DNA of 64,000 nucleotides, from the NCBI GenBank assembly GCA_029572555.1, contig JAKPVM010000211.1, positions 373-64,372 on the forward strand. Reading direction: 5' to 3'. Positions 38,701 to 46,488 of this stretch are shown here, piece by piece. A model generated the notes under the pieces. It saw only the letters and a list, made by a program, of their open reading frames with translations, was not told where the DNA came from and did no database searches. Source of the DNA: Verrucomicrobiota bacterium. GTDB taxonomy: Bacteria > Verrucomicrobiota > Verrucomicrobiia > Limisphaerales > JAKPVM01. The stretch's first letter is position 1; each line of letters begins with the position of its first letter. The position numbers were made by a program, and so were the translations under genes.

Positions 38701-41700
38701 CGGTAGTGAGCCTTTTTCTTTTCAATGGCGAAAAAACGGAGAATCGTTAATAAATGAGACGAATTCAATGCTTCAACTTTATAATGTTACGGATTCTTTT
38801 GCAGGGGCGTATGATGTGGTGGTTTCGAACCTATTTGGTGTAGTAACAAGTGCGCTGGCTTTTATTACAGTAGGTATTCCCCCTGAAATTGTTTCTGAGC
38901 CTTCTGATGCAACTGCTATTGCAGGTAGTAATGTGCAATTTTCAGTCTCTTCCACTGGAAGTGATCCTCTATTCTATCAGTGGCGACTGAATGATTTTGA
39001 GATTCCCGGTGAAACCAATTCAATCCTGCTGATAAGAAATGTAAGCGAAGCAAATGCAGGTTTATATAGTGTTTATGTCTGGAATAGATACGGTTCTTAT
39101 TTAAGCGTTGCCGCGTCTCTTACTGTTCATGTGCCTCCGATTATTACTGAACAGCCGAAGGATTTAGAGGTGGAAAGCGGTGCTGCTGCAATTTTTGAGG
39201 TTTCGGCAATTGGCACACCTCCATTGGCTTACCAATGGTTAAAAGATTCTAATGTATTAATTGGGCAAACAAATACGGAATTGGTTATCGACAGCGCAGG
39301 CATTCAAAATGGAGGAGTTTATAGTGTAATTGTTAGTAATCTTGGCGGTGTTGTGGTAAGCCAACCCGCAAAATTGGTAATCAAAATATCCCCTGAATTT
39401 GTCTGGGCTTACAACATCGGCGGAGCAGAACAGGATTCAACAAAAGTTGTCGCATCAGATAGTTCTGGAAATCTGGTTGCAGTTTGCCAAATAATCGGAA
39501 ATCTGAATATTAATGGGACCAATATTAAATCGCGCGGCTATTCAGACGTTTTAATATTAAAATATTCCGGCGGCGGCGATATTTTGTGGTTAGAACAAGC
39601 AGGAGGAACATGGAACGATAATCCCACAGGGCTTGCGATTGACAGTGAAAACTCTATTTATATTGCAGGGATGTACGAAAAGTCCGCTACTTTTGGGAAC
39701 ACTAATATTTTGCAAAATGGAGCACAAGAAAGTGGATTATTACGGTCAGACACAGATATTTTTATTGCCAAATACAACAAAGACGGAATTCTACAATGGG
39801 TCAAAACAGCAGGAGGAATTGGAAATGAATCAGTAACGTCTATAGCAATTGATGGTAATGGGAATCTAATTGTAGTTGGCATATATGAAGATGTTACCAT
39901 ATTTGAGAATCAAACTTTTCCATCTGTCGGAGAACAAGATTTATTTATTGCAAAATATACGTCTGCTGGGAATTTGATGTGGGTTAAAACCGCAGGAGGT
40001 TTTGGAAAAGATAAAATTAATTCTGTCGCTGCTGATGATTCAGGAAATATTTATATTACTGGTTCATATTCAACCGGAATGCGATTTGGTAATATTGTAT
40101 TAGAAAGTTTAGTCCAGCCTGATGTGTTTGTTGCCAAATATGATTTAAATGGCAAAGTTTTGTGGGTTAAATCTTTTCCCGGCGACGATGCTGAAGATGG
40201 AACGGCAATTGCAGTTAGCCCTTCTGGTGAAAAGATTTATGTGGGTGGGATATTTGGAGTAATTGGCAAATCTGTAAAGATGACTTTTGGAAATAATACA
40301 TTTCAATCAATTTCTGGAATAGATATTTTTATTGTTCAACTCGATTCAAATGGAAATCCAGTTATGTCAGACGCTTATGACTATGGATATTTTGATTACT
40401 TATCCTCTATATCAATCAGTCTTCAAAATAAAATTTTACTTACTGGTTCTACTTGTGGTGAAATATGTAAAGGGATTGTCCTCTTACTTGATGAAAGGTC
40501 TGAAAGCGCGAATCCCTATTTTTTAAATACAGATGAGTTTTTTATAAACAATGCAAATGTTTTAAGCGGTTGTTTTACTTGTGATAATAGTATTTACATT
40601 GGCGGGAATTTCGTAGATTCGGCAAGTTTTGGAACAATTTATTTAATATCTGCCGGGGGAACAGATGGTTTTTTAGCGAAAATATCTCAATATTCGGCTG
40701 GCCCGCCTATTATTATCGGTCAACCTGTTGACAGACAGACTCTTATTGGAGGAAATGTAAGATTTCAAGCGGGAGTGATTGGCACGCCTCCGTTCTATTA
40801 TCAGTGGTTTAAGAATAATCAAACAATTGTGGGAGCAACCAACCCTTTCCTGGAAATTAAAAACGCAACTTATTTTGACGAAGGCGATTATTATGTAATT
40901 ATTACAAACCCTTATGGTTCTGTTAGCAGTAGAAATGTTCATCTAAGTATTGCCATTGCGCCTTCCATAGTTGTTGAACCGCAGGATATTCAAGTGTCTG
41001 TGGGTGAAAATGTGTCTATGAGCGCTAATGTTGAGGGAACATCTCCTATGACATTTAATTGGTATCATAATGGAGTATTAATTCCTATGGCAAATTCTTC
41101 TTCAATACTTTTGAGCGCTATAAGTATTGAAGATGCAGGTGAATATCAATTGATAGTCACAAATATAGCAGGATGTTCAACCAGTCGTGTTGCGGTCTTA
41201 ACAGTTGGAATGATGCCTGTCATAGTACAACAACCGGAGAATCAACAGACAGTAGCAGGAATTAGCGCCGAATTTTCAGTAATAGCTAAGGGAAATGAAC
41301 CTTTATATTATCAATGGTACTTCAACGATTCTCTTTTATTAGGGGAAACAAATCGCGAGTTAAGACTCTATCGTGCTACAACTTTAATATCAGGTGAATA
41401 TTTTGTTACTGTGTCAAATCCTTATGGAACAGCAACGAGCAGAGTTGTGATGCTAACGGTAGCAGTACCACCACAAATTTTAGTGCAACCGGTATCTCAA
41501 CTTGTTTCACTCGGCGGTTCAGTAACTTTTACCGTTGTTCCTGTTGATGCAACCGGCGTCAATTACCAGTGGTTCAAAGACGAAAAAGCGATACCAATGG
41601 CGACGAATTCTACCATCGAAATCCAGAATATAAATTTTGCCGACGCAGGCGCCTACCACGTTGTTTTGTATAACTTTATTGGTGGTACGAGAAGTGATAT

Positions 41701-44152
41701 TGCATCGTTAAAATTGCAAATTCCGACTCTTGTATTAACGGATAATTTTGAAGACAGGGTTGTAACTAATTCTACCTCTGGATATGGTCGTTCAAGTAAT
41801 GTTAATGCTACGCGACAAAGCGGTGAACCAATTAGTGTCGGTAAAAGAGGGACAAATTCGGTCTGGATGTCATGGGTAGTTTCCGCTTCTGGGATTGCAA
41901 CGGTCAGTCTGCAAGGTAGTAGTTTTGATACATTGCTTGCTGTCTACACTGGTTCTTCTCTTACGAATTTGGTTCAAGTTGCGGCAAATGATGATGCGGA
42001 ACTTACTGAAAAATACAGTGAAGTTAGGTTTAACGCTACAGCTGGCACTGAGTATATTATTGCTGTTGATGGACTTGGTGGTGGCGGAGAAATTGTAATG
42101 AATTGGTCTATGGAGGCAACAGCGGCAAGATTACCAGAGATTGTTTTCGAACCAAGCGATACAAATGTTCAAGAAGGGGCAAGCATATTTTTTGAATCAA
42201 CATCTGCTTCTGGACGGGCAACGGTTGAATGGTATTTCAATGGTGTATTGATTGCTTCAAATTTAACATCACTAACGTTGGAAAATGTGACCACGGATAA
42301 GGTGGGTATATATCAGGCTGTTTTAAAGGAAGGCGAGCGGGTAATTTCCACTAAACCAGCACGATTACAAATAAATCAGGTTGATGGAGTTTCAGACCCA
42401 AGGTTATCATCGCACGACAAATTTGGAGAGGCACTTGAGCGAGTGTTTGAAAATTACTCCACTAATCCATCACAACATTCACCCCGCAGGATAATAAGAA
42501 ATCAAGGTCCGTCGCGTGGATTTACTGGTTCACAAGTATTTAGCACTTACGGTTCTACAACGGATCCGGGAGAGCCTATACATTGTGGAGTTCCAGGCGG
42601 GGCATCGGAGTGGTTTATTTATCAAGCGCCGACAAATGGTTTGCTTGTAATAGATACCTTTGGCAGCACGTTTGATACCGTTTTAGCTGTTTATGATGTT
42701 GCTGACAATTATCCACCGGGGAATTACAGCGACCTCAGGTCGGTAGCCTGCAACAACGATGTTTCATCTACAAATACTCTTAGCAGAGTTGAATTTTATG
42801 CTACTGCGGAAACTATTTATTACATTGCTGTTGATGGGGTGGGGGGTTCCTCTGGGACAGTATATCTTAATTATAATTTGACCGCTCCACCAACAATTGT
42901 AAACCAACCTCAAAATCAAATTGTAATGGAGGGTACAAATGTCTCTTTCTCTGTAACTGCAAACGGCACGAATTTAACATATCAATGGAGATTTAATTCA
43001 GTGAATATAAATGGCGGAACGAATGGTACCCTTTTATTAACAAATGTGAATTCAAGTAGCGCCGGATATTATTCTGTGATTGTTAGCAACATTGCAGGAA
43101 TGGTAATTAGTTCAAATGCCTTATTAACAATTAACTCGTCGCCTATGATTATCACTCAGCCTTCAAACGTTGTGGTAGCAAAAGGAGGGAATGCAAATTT
43201 ACTTGCATCTGTTTTAGGCACATCACCACTTGGCTATCAATGGCTATTTAATTCAACCCCTATTTCATACGGAACGAGTAATTTGTTAAGTTTGACCAGC
43301 GTTGAACCGACAGCCTCCGGACAATATAAACTTATAGTTACAAACAGCGTTGGCGTTGTAACAAGTTCGCCCGCTTATTTAACTGTGGTTGTCCCATCGA
43401 ATCAGGTTATTTTAACGGCTGAGGATACCACGAGTTTAATAACTCTTGGTCCTGCCAGCACTAACGGTGTCGTTTTAGGTTATATAATAACTTCTGCTCC
43501 TACAAATGGGGTTTTATCCGGTAATGGCAACTTAAGAAGCTATGCACCGCTAACCAATTATTCTGGAAGTGATACGTTTAAATTCGCTATTTACGACGGC
43601 GCCTATACATCGGAACAGGCGACAGTATCATTAACTATTAGCGAAGTAAACGATCCACCTGCATTCGGATTGATGACAAATATAGTTGAATATGAAAACT
43701 GCTTAATTAATTTTGTTTGTCCTGCAATGGATGTGGAAACACCGGTACCAAACCTACTATTTTCGCTGGGTGCGGGCGCCCCTGAAGGCGCTACTATTTC
43801 TCCCTCGGGAGAATTTTTATGGACACCATCCTCATCACAGATTGGCACAAATCCTGTAAGGATTATAGTTACCGATACAGGGACACCTCCTTTATCGGCT
43901 ACTCAATCAATTTGTATTACAGTCTTACAATTAAAACCAATTGAAATTACACGTATTGAAACCACGACGAATGGTTTGATTAGATTGTTAATACAGGGAA
44001 GAGTCGGGAGGACTAACACAATTGAGTCAACTATTATATTCAATGTATGGACACCTGAAACAAACATCGTTCCGTCAGTAGAAACTTTTGAGTGGTTTAT
44101 TAATCCTTTACCTCAAAATAAAAGGTTTTATCGGGTAAAAGTAAGAAACTAA
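35774..44152 (+). CDS. giant secreted mosaic protein: Ig-like arrays, RCC1-like propeller, SBBP beta-propeller repeats, two PPC-like beta-sandwiches, cadherin-like domains, short C-terminal module
   Basis: 2792 aa. Signal peptide MKALKLFFLLLILLCADTIA. Approximate map:
- Ig 35853-36105.
- Two ...GPGYLTFWWKLDADDGGELT / ...VRWTLKKGELSQRFSIQAWLDNVSY jelly-roll-like regions 36110-37020.
- Ig 37025-37300.
- RCC1-like 37300-38100.
- 5 Ig 38108-39387.
- SBBP 39390-40700.
- 4 Ig 40700-41722.
- PPC-like 41740-42110 (SGEP...FDTLLAVYTG...NDD...AGTEYIIAVDG).
- Ig 42130-42380.
- PPC-like 42500-42880 (PGEP...FDTVLAVYDV...NND...YYIAVDG).
- 2 Ig 42885-43390.
- Cadherin-like 43390-43930 (VNDPPAF; SGEFLWTPSSSQIGTNPVRIIVTDTGTPPLS).
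- Ends ...NKRFYRVKVRN. Confidence 0.9.
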   Translation: MKALKLFFLLLILLCADTIAIIGNTNSPVILKQPTSRTVIPFSTTRFYVQADGGQPLYYQWFKEDTPILSATNNDFIILKSQLLDAGLYKIVVSNLYGSITSTPAFLNIDSNALSDALDNSQLIFNSAGESTWFKQTNIFYFGGDSAQGEVFLTNGQSFIETTIVGPGYLTFWWKLDADDGGELTVDIFKEDSLIVYDNSANDLLTTFQINGYGEVADQIILNANSVMFPLIVNYFSFTYWGQGFNGNEKMDLRFYLNDGLDGAPGTQIWDSGWFSISETQKSMVIFDEDFGLQLNTQSFTWSISTMGIETGESTGLWLYSPPTIGNNYTDYWTRTNENWDLRFSEQAPIDFEAKLGVMQINQTNILSFFGYTDWRYDYVYIPSGINTVRWTLKKGELSQRFSIQAWLDNVSYISCQNNEPIIISQPLNQKVPAGGTATFTVETVGSQPFSYQWYKNGIPLQDDGKFYGSKSNVFIINNVQSDDIDNYFVVVTNSYGASISSNVWLRTHPLAAFGNNWFGQTIIPQSATNVIQISAGGNHNLALRNDGTVVAWGCNDFGQTDVPILSNVVQIAAGELHSLALLANGTVVGWGNNDFGQISIPGNLSDVVSIAAGAYHSLALKADGTVVAWGDDSCSQVDVPNNLIGVVAIDGGYNHSVALLNNGRVVVWGGFNAMQQTSGLTNIISVAAGCDYNLALRSDGSVISWGKYFIVPLEISNIVAIDAGHDFNLALRNDGTLFVWANQTGTAQSEIVRFDQVENAIAIAEGGNHFLVLQGNGEPHFTVNPKSTRAFLTKNILFGAAAVGNQPVTYQWLFNNLPILTATNNFLVVDNLLVENSGFYTCVASNIMGIANSTVAHLTVMSPAAPLITQHPSSTNLIVNQKLILSVTASGSQPLYYQWQKDGVNLPGETNSLLIINEVNPDNVGVYNVIVNNDFGFQVSMSAIVNVLSPPIITYQPRGCDLVSGENAMLFVSVSGSEPFSFQWRKNGESLINETNSMLQLYNVTDSFAGAYDVVVSNLFGVVTSALAFITVGIPPEIVSEPSDATAIAGSNVQFSVSSTGSDPLFYQWRLNDFEIPGETNSILLIRNVSEANAGLYSVYVWNRYGSYLSVAASLTVHVPPIITEQPKDLEVESGAAAIFEVSAIGTPPLAYQWLKDSNVLIGQTNTELVIDSAGIQNGGVYSVIVSNLGGVVVSQPAKLVIKISPEFVWAYNIGGAEQDSTKVVASDSSGNLVAVCQIIGNLNINGTNIKSRGYSDVLILKYSGGGDILWLEQAGGTWNDNPTGLAIDSENSIYIAGMYEKSATFGNTNILQNGAQESGLLRSDTDIFIAKYNKDGILQWVKTAGGIGNESVTSIAIDGNGNLIVVGIYEDVTIFENQTFPSVGEQDLFIAKYTSAGNLMWVKTAGGFGKDKINSVAADDSGNIYITGSYSTGMRFGNIVLESLVQPDVFVAKYDLNGKVLWVKSFPGDDAEDGTAIAVSPSGEKIYVGGIFGVIGKSVKMTFGNNTFQSISGIDIFIVQLDSNGNPVMSDAYDYGYFDYLSSISISLQNKILLTGSTCGEICKGIVLLLDERSESANPYFLNTDEFFINNANVLSGCFTCDNSIYIGGNFVDSASFGTIYLISAGGTDGFLAKISQYSAGPPIIIGQPVDRQTLIGGNVRFQAGVIGTPPFYYQWFKNNQTIVGATNPFLEIKNATYFDEGDYYVIITNPYGSVSSRNVHLSIAIAPSIVVEPQDIQVSVGENVSMSANVEGTSPMTFNWYHNGVLIPMANSSSILLSAISIEDAGEYQLIVTNIAGCSTSRVAVLTVGMMPVIVQQPENQQTVAGISAEFSVIAKGNEPLYYQWYFNDSLLLGETNRELRLYRATTLISGEYFVTVSNPYGTATSRVVMLTVAVPPQILVQPVSQLVSLGGSVTFTVVPVDATGVNYQWFKDEKAIPMATNSTIEIQNINFADAGAYHVVLYNFIGGTRSDIASLKLQIPTLVLTDNFEDRVVTNSTSGYGRSSNVNATRQSGEPISVGKRGTNSVWMSWVVSASGIATVSLQGSSFDTLLAVYTGSSLTNLVQVAANDDAELTEKYSEVRFNATAGTEYIIAVDGLGGGGEIVMNWSMEATAARLPEIVFEPSDTNVQEGASIFFESTSASGRATVEWYFNGVLIASNLTSLTLENVTTDKVGIYQAVLKEGERVISTKPARLQINQVDGVSDPRLSSHDKFGEALERVFENYSTNPSQHSPRRIIRNQGPSRGFTGSQVFSTYGSTTDPGEPIHCGVPGGASEWFIYQAPTNGLLVIDTFGSTFDTVLAVYDVADNYPPGNYSDLRSVACNNDVSSTNTLSRVEFYATAETIYYIAVDGVGGSSGTVYLNYNLTAPPTIVNQPQNQIVMEGTNVSFSVTANGTNLTYQWRFNSVNINGGTNGTLLLTNVNSSSAGYYSVIVSNIAGMVISSNALLTINSSPMIITQPSNVVVAKGGNANLLASVLGTSPLGYQWLFNSTPISYGTSNLLSLTSVEPTASGQYKLIVTNSVGVVTSSPAYLTVVVPSNQVILTAEDTTSLITLGPASTNGVVLGYIITSAPTNGVLSGNGNLRSYAPLTNYSGSDTFKFAIYDGAYTSEQATVSLTISEVNDPPAFGLMTNIVEYENCLINFVCPAMDVETPVPNLLFSLGAGAPEGATISPSGEFLWTPSSSQIGTNPVRIIVTDTGTPPLSATQSICITVLQLKPIEITRIETTTNGLIRLLIQGRVGRTNTIESTIIFNVWTPETNIVPSVETFEWFINPLPQNKRFYRVKVRN
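37300..38100 (+). repeat. seven short RCC1-like propeller blades (intragenic, approximate borders)
   Basis: Seven ~38-aa units of the form [VI]-x-I-[AS]-[AG]-G-x-x-H-[NS]-[LV]-AL-x-x-[DN]-G-[TS]-V-x-[AGV]-WG-x-[ND]-x-x-GQ. Examples: VIQISAGGNHNLALRNDGTVVAWGCNDFGQ, VVQIAAGELHSLALLANGTVVGWGNNDFGQ, VVSIAAGAYHSLALKADGTVVAWGDDSCSQ. Confidence 0.8.
38108..39387 (+). repeat. five tandem Ig-like (I-set type) domains (intragenic, approximate borders)
   Basis: Units carry the motifs PVTYQWLFNN, PLYYQWQKDG, PFSFQWRKNG, PLFYQWRLND and PLAYQWLKDS. Each is followed by [DN]-x-G-x-Y-x-[CV]-x-[AV]-x-N. Confidence 0.85.
39390..40700 (+). repeat. SBBP-type beta-propeller repeats (intragenic, approximate borders)
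   Basis: Recurrent ~55-aa units with D-[IV]-[FL]-I-[AL]-KY-x-x-x-G-x-[IL]-x-W-[VL]-[KE]-[TQS]-[AF]-GG and D-x-x-GN-[IL]-Y-[IV]-[AT]-G. Examples: DVLILKYSGGGDILWLEQAGG, DIFIAKYNKDGILQWVKTAGG, DLFIAKYTSAGNLMWVKTAGG, DVFVAKYDLNGKVLWVKSFPG. Confidence 0.8.
40700..41722 (+). repeat. four tandem Ig-like (I-set type) domains (intragenic, approximate borders)
   Basis: Motifs PPFYYQWFKNN, PMTFNWYHNG, PLYYQWYFND, GVNYQWFKDE, each with a downstream D-x-G-x-Y. Confidence 0.85.
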
Positions 44153-45375
44153 ATTTTTTTATTTTTTAAATCCTTTAATATTTCAGCCAACTTTTCATAT
44201 TGCGGCAGCGAATTATAAAGTTGCGCTGAAATTCTTAATACCCTTTTTGGATAATTATCCCACGGTATAATAGGGACTTCAATTTTATGATTTTCCCAGA
44301 GAAATGTTTGTAATGCGTCCATATAGAGGGGATTTGGTGAAGAAGAATAATTTGTAGCATCCCATATTGGAATTGTTGCCATTGAACCAATAAGTTCAAC
44401 CGGCGCAGGTGTTCTTATGCCAAGCGCACTGTAAATAACCTCTCGTGCTGCAATAACAAGAGAATGGTTCCTTTTCATTATGGTATCCCATCCATTATTT
44501 ACGAGTGAACGGAAGTATTTAATTACCTCCGGTACGCAAAAATATGGAGTTGGGTCGTCTGTCCCTGTCCATCCAAATTCAATTAGAAAACGAGATAGGT
44601 CTGTTCGTTGTGTATTTGCTCCGTGGCTTATTGCAATAGGACGAATTTTATTAATCCATTTCTTGTTAACATAAAGGAAACCAGCCCCTTTTGGTGAACA
44701 AAGCCATTTATGACAGTTTGCTGTGTAGAAATCCGGGTCTAATTCTTTGATACTTAATGGAATCATTCCAGGTGTATGTGAACCATCAATCACCAGCGGT
44801 ATTTCTTTCTTTTTTAATTCACGAATAATCTTTTCAACTGGAAAAATTAATGCAGTTGGACTTGTAATATGATCAATTAACACCGCTCTGGTTTTTGTTG
44901 TTACGTTAGACATAATAGCATGGAATATTTCTTCCTGCGAATTCAGAGGAAACGGGATTTTTGCAACAACCGTTTTTGCGCCAGTTTTTTGCGCAGTGTA
45001 TTCAACAATATTTTTGCAAGCATTATATTCGTGATTTGTAATTAAAATCTCATCGCCGGGGTGAAATTCTAATGAGTTGAAAACACAATTAACTCCATAC
45101 GTAACATTGGGAACAAAAACAAGACAATCGGGGTCTGCATCAACAAATTGAGCTATACATATTCTTGCTTCATCAAGCATTTTCTCATAATCACGCACAA
45201 AGAATTGTACCGGCTGTCTTTCCATTTGTGTTCTCAATTTATTTTGATATTGCAAAATCGGCTCCGGACAACTTCCAAAAGAACCATGATTAAAAAAGAT
45301 AATATCTTTTTGTAGTTCCCAAATCTCCGGGAATATTGGTTCTGTTATCATATTTGTTAACATTATATTATTCAT
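44149..45375 (-). CDS. class-V aminotransferase-fold PLP enzyme (isopenicillin-N-epimerase / cysteine-desulfurase-like)
   Basis: 408 aa. FFNHGSFGSCP N-terminal motif, DGSHTPG, PLP-lysine context ANCHKWLCSPKGAGFLYV. Its stop codon (cta on the + strand, 44149-44151) overlaps the giant gene's stop (44150-44152). Confidence 0.85.
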   Translation of the reverse strand: MNNIMLTNMITEPIFPEIWELQKDIIFFNHGSFGSCPEPILQYQNKLRTQMERQPVQFFVRDYEKMLDEARICIAQFVDADPDCLVFVPNVTYGVNCVFNSLEFHPGDEILITNHEYNACKNIVEYTAQKTGAKTVVAKIPFPLNSQEEIFHAIMSNVTTKTRAVLIDHITSPTALIFPVEKIIRELKKKEIPLVIDGSHTPGMIPLSIKELDPDFYTANCHKWLCSPKGAGFLYVNKKWINKIRPIAISHGANTQRTDLSRFLIEFGWTGTDDPTPYFCVPEVIKYFRSLVNNGWDTIMKRNHSLVIAAREVIYSALGIRTPAPVELIGSMATIPIWDATNYSSSPNPLYMDALQTFLWENHKIEVPIIPWDNYPKRVLRISAQLYNSLPQYEKLAEILKDLKNKKI

Positions 45376-45428
45376 TGTTAGATAGAATTTTTAATGACAT
45401 TATCAAATTATTTCCACAATATAAATCT

Positions 45429-46466
45429 ATGTCCGTTTACGAATTAGAAGAAAAAGAAAAAACGGTGAAGTATTTTAAGAACTTACTACATAGTGATAGG
45501 TTGCCACATTCTTTGCTTTTATACGGTGGAAATGTTGAGAAATTAGAAACAGCAGCAAAATATTTAGCAAAAATATTGAACTGTGAAAATCCACCAGTAA
45601 AAGGGGAGACAGGAGGTAATCTCGAATGTTGTGATTCTTGTTCAAGCTGCCGTAGGATTCAAGAGGAGACCTATCCTGATGTTTATTGGATTCGTCCAGA
45701 GTCAAAATTGCGTCAAATAACTGTTGATTCAATCCGAGAATTAATAAGAGAGATTCAATTAAAGCCACTTGAGGGGAAATGGAAAGTTGCTGTTATTGTT
45801 GCTGCTGATAGAATGCATCAAAATGCTGCAAATGCGTTTTTGAAAACCCTTGAAGAACCACCGGCTCATTCGTTGATAATATTGATAACAATAGAACCAC
45901 ACCGGTTACTTCCAACAATATTATCACGATGCCAGAAAATTAACCTCACTGAATCTGATATTCAGCAAATTAACCAATTTAAAGATTTTTTACAACAGAT
46001 TGCATCATTAATTCTTGGCAGTGGAAAAGAAGTTTTAGGACGATACAAACTTCTTGATTTACTTGTTCAGAAACTTAATGAAATTAGAGATGGTGTAGAA
46101 CAGAATATTTCTTCCGGTTCGCCAGAAAAAAGATTTAAAAACGTTGAAATTGATAGTCAAGTATTAGAAAAGTGGCAAAAGGAAGCCAAATCTCTTATTG
46201 AGTCTGAATACAGACGCCAGCGGCAGGAACTTTTTAAAGCAGTTCAATGGTTATTCAGGGATATTTGGCTGCAGACAATTAAAGATTCACAGCAACTACT
46301 GGCTTTGCCAGAGTTGGCAGATTATACATCAAAGATTGCCAATAAAATTACCCCTGAAGATGCAAAATTAAATCTTGAGATATTTGAGGATTGTCAAAGG
46401 CTTTTTTTTACTAATGTTCAGGAGATGCTGATTTTAGAAGTAACATTATTGCGTTTACAATTTTAG
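45429..46466 (+). CDS. holB: DNA polymerase III subunit delta prime
   Basis: The ORF track start at 45336 is a TTG that overlaps the divergent gene. The in-frame ATG at 45429 gives MSVYELEEKEK. Motifs LPHSLLLYGG, the Zn module CDSCSSCRRI, AANAFLKTLEEPP and SRCQ. Confidence 0.85.
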   Translation: MSVYELEEKEKTVKYFKNLLHSDRLPHSLLLYGGNVEKLETAAKYLAKILNCENPPVKGETGGNLECCDSCSSCRRIQEETYPDVYWIRPESKLRQITVDSIRELIREIQLKPLEGKWKVAVIVAADRMHQNAANAFLKTLEEPPAHSLIILITIEPHRLLPTILSRCQKINLTESDIQQINQFKDFLQQIASLILGSGKEVLGRYKLLDLLVQKLNEIRDGVEQNISSGSPEKRFKNVEIDSQVLEKWQKEAKSLIESEYRRQRQELFKAVQWLFRDIWLQTIKDSQQLLALPELADYTSKIANKITPEDAKLNLEIFEDCQRLFFTNVQEMLILEVTLLRLQF

Positions 46467-46488
46467 ATAATTAAAAGCGCTTTTTTCA

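Noticed and set aside
45336-45428. N-terminal extensions created by non-ATG starts in the ORF track: 45336 TTG for holB, 50391 TTG for thiE, 26497 TTG for the EIIA protein, 19060 GTG for the coiled-coil protein, 24520 ATG for the lipoprotein.
   Set aside because: The extensions overlap neighbouring genes or add non-conserved AT-rich residues. Downstream in-frame ATGs give canonical N-termini or signal peptides.
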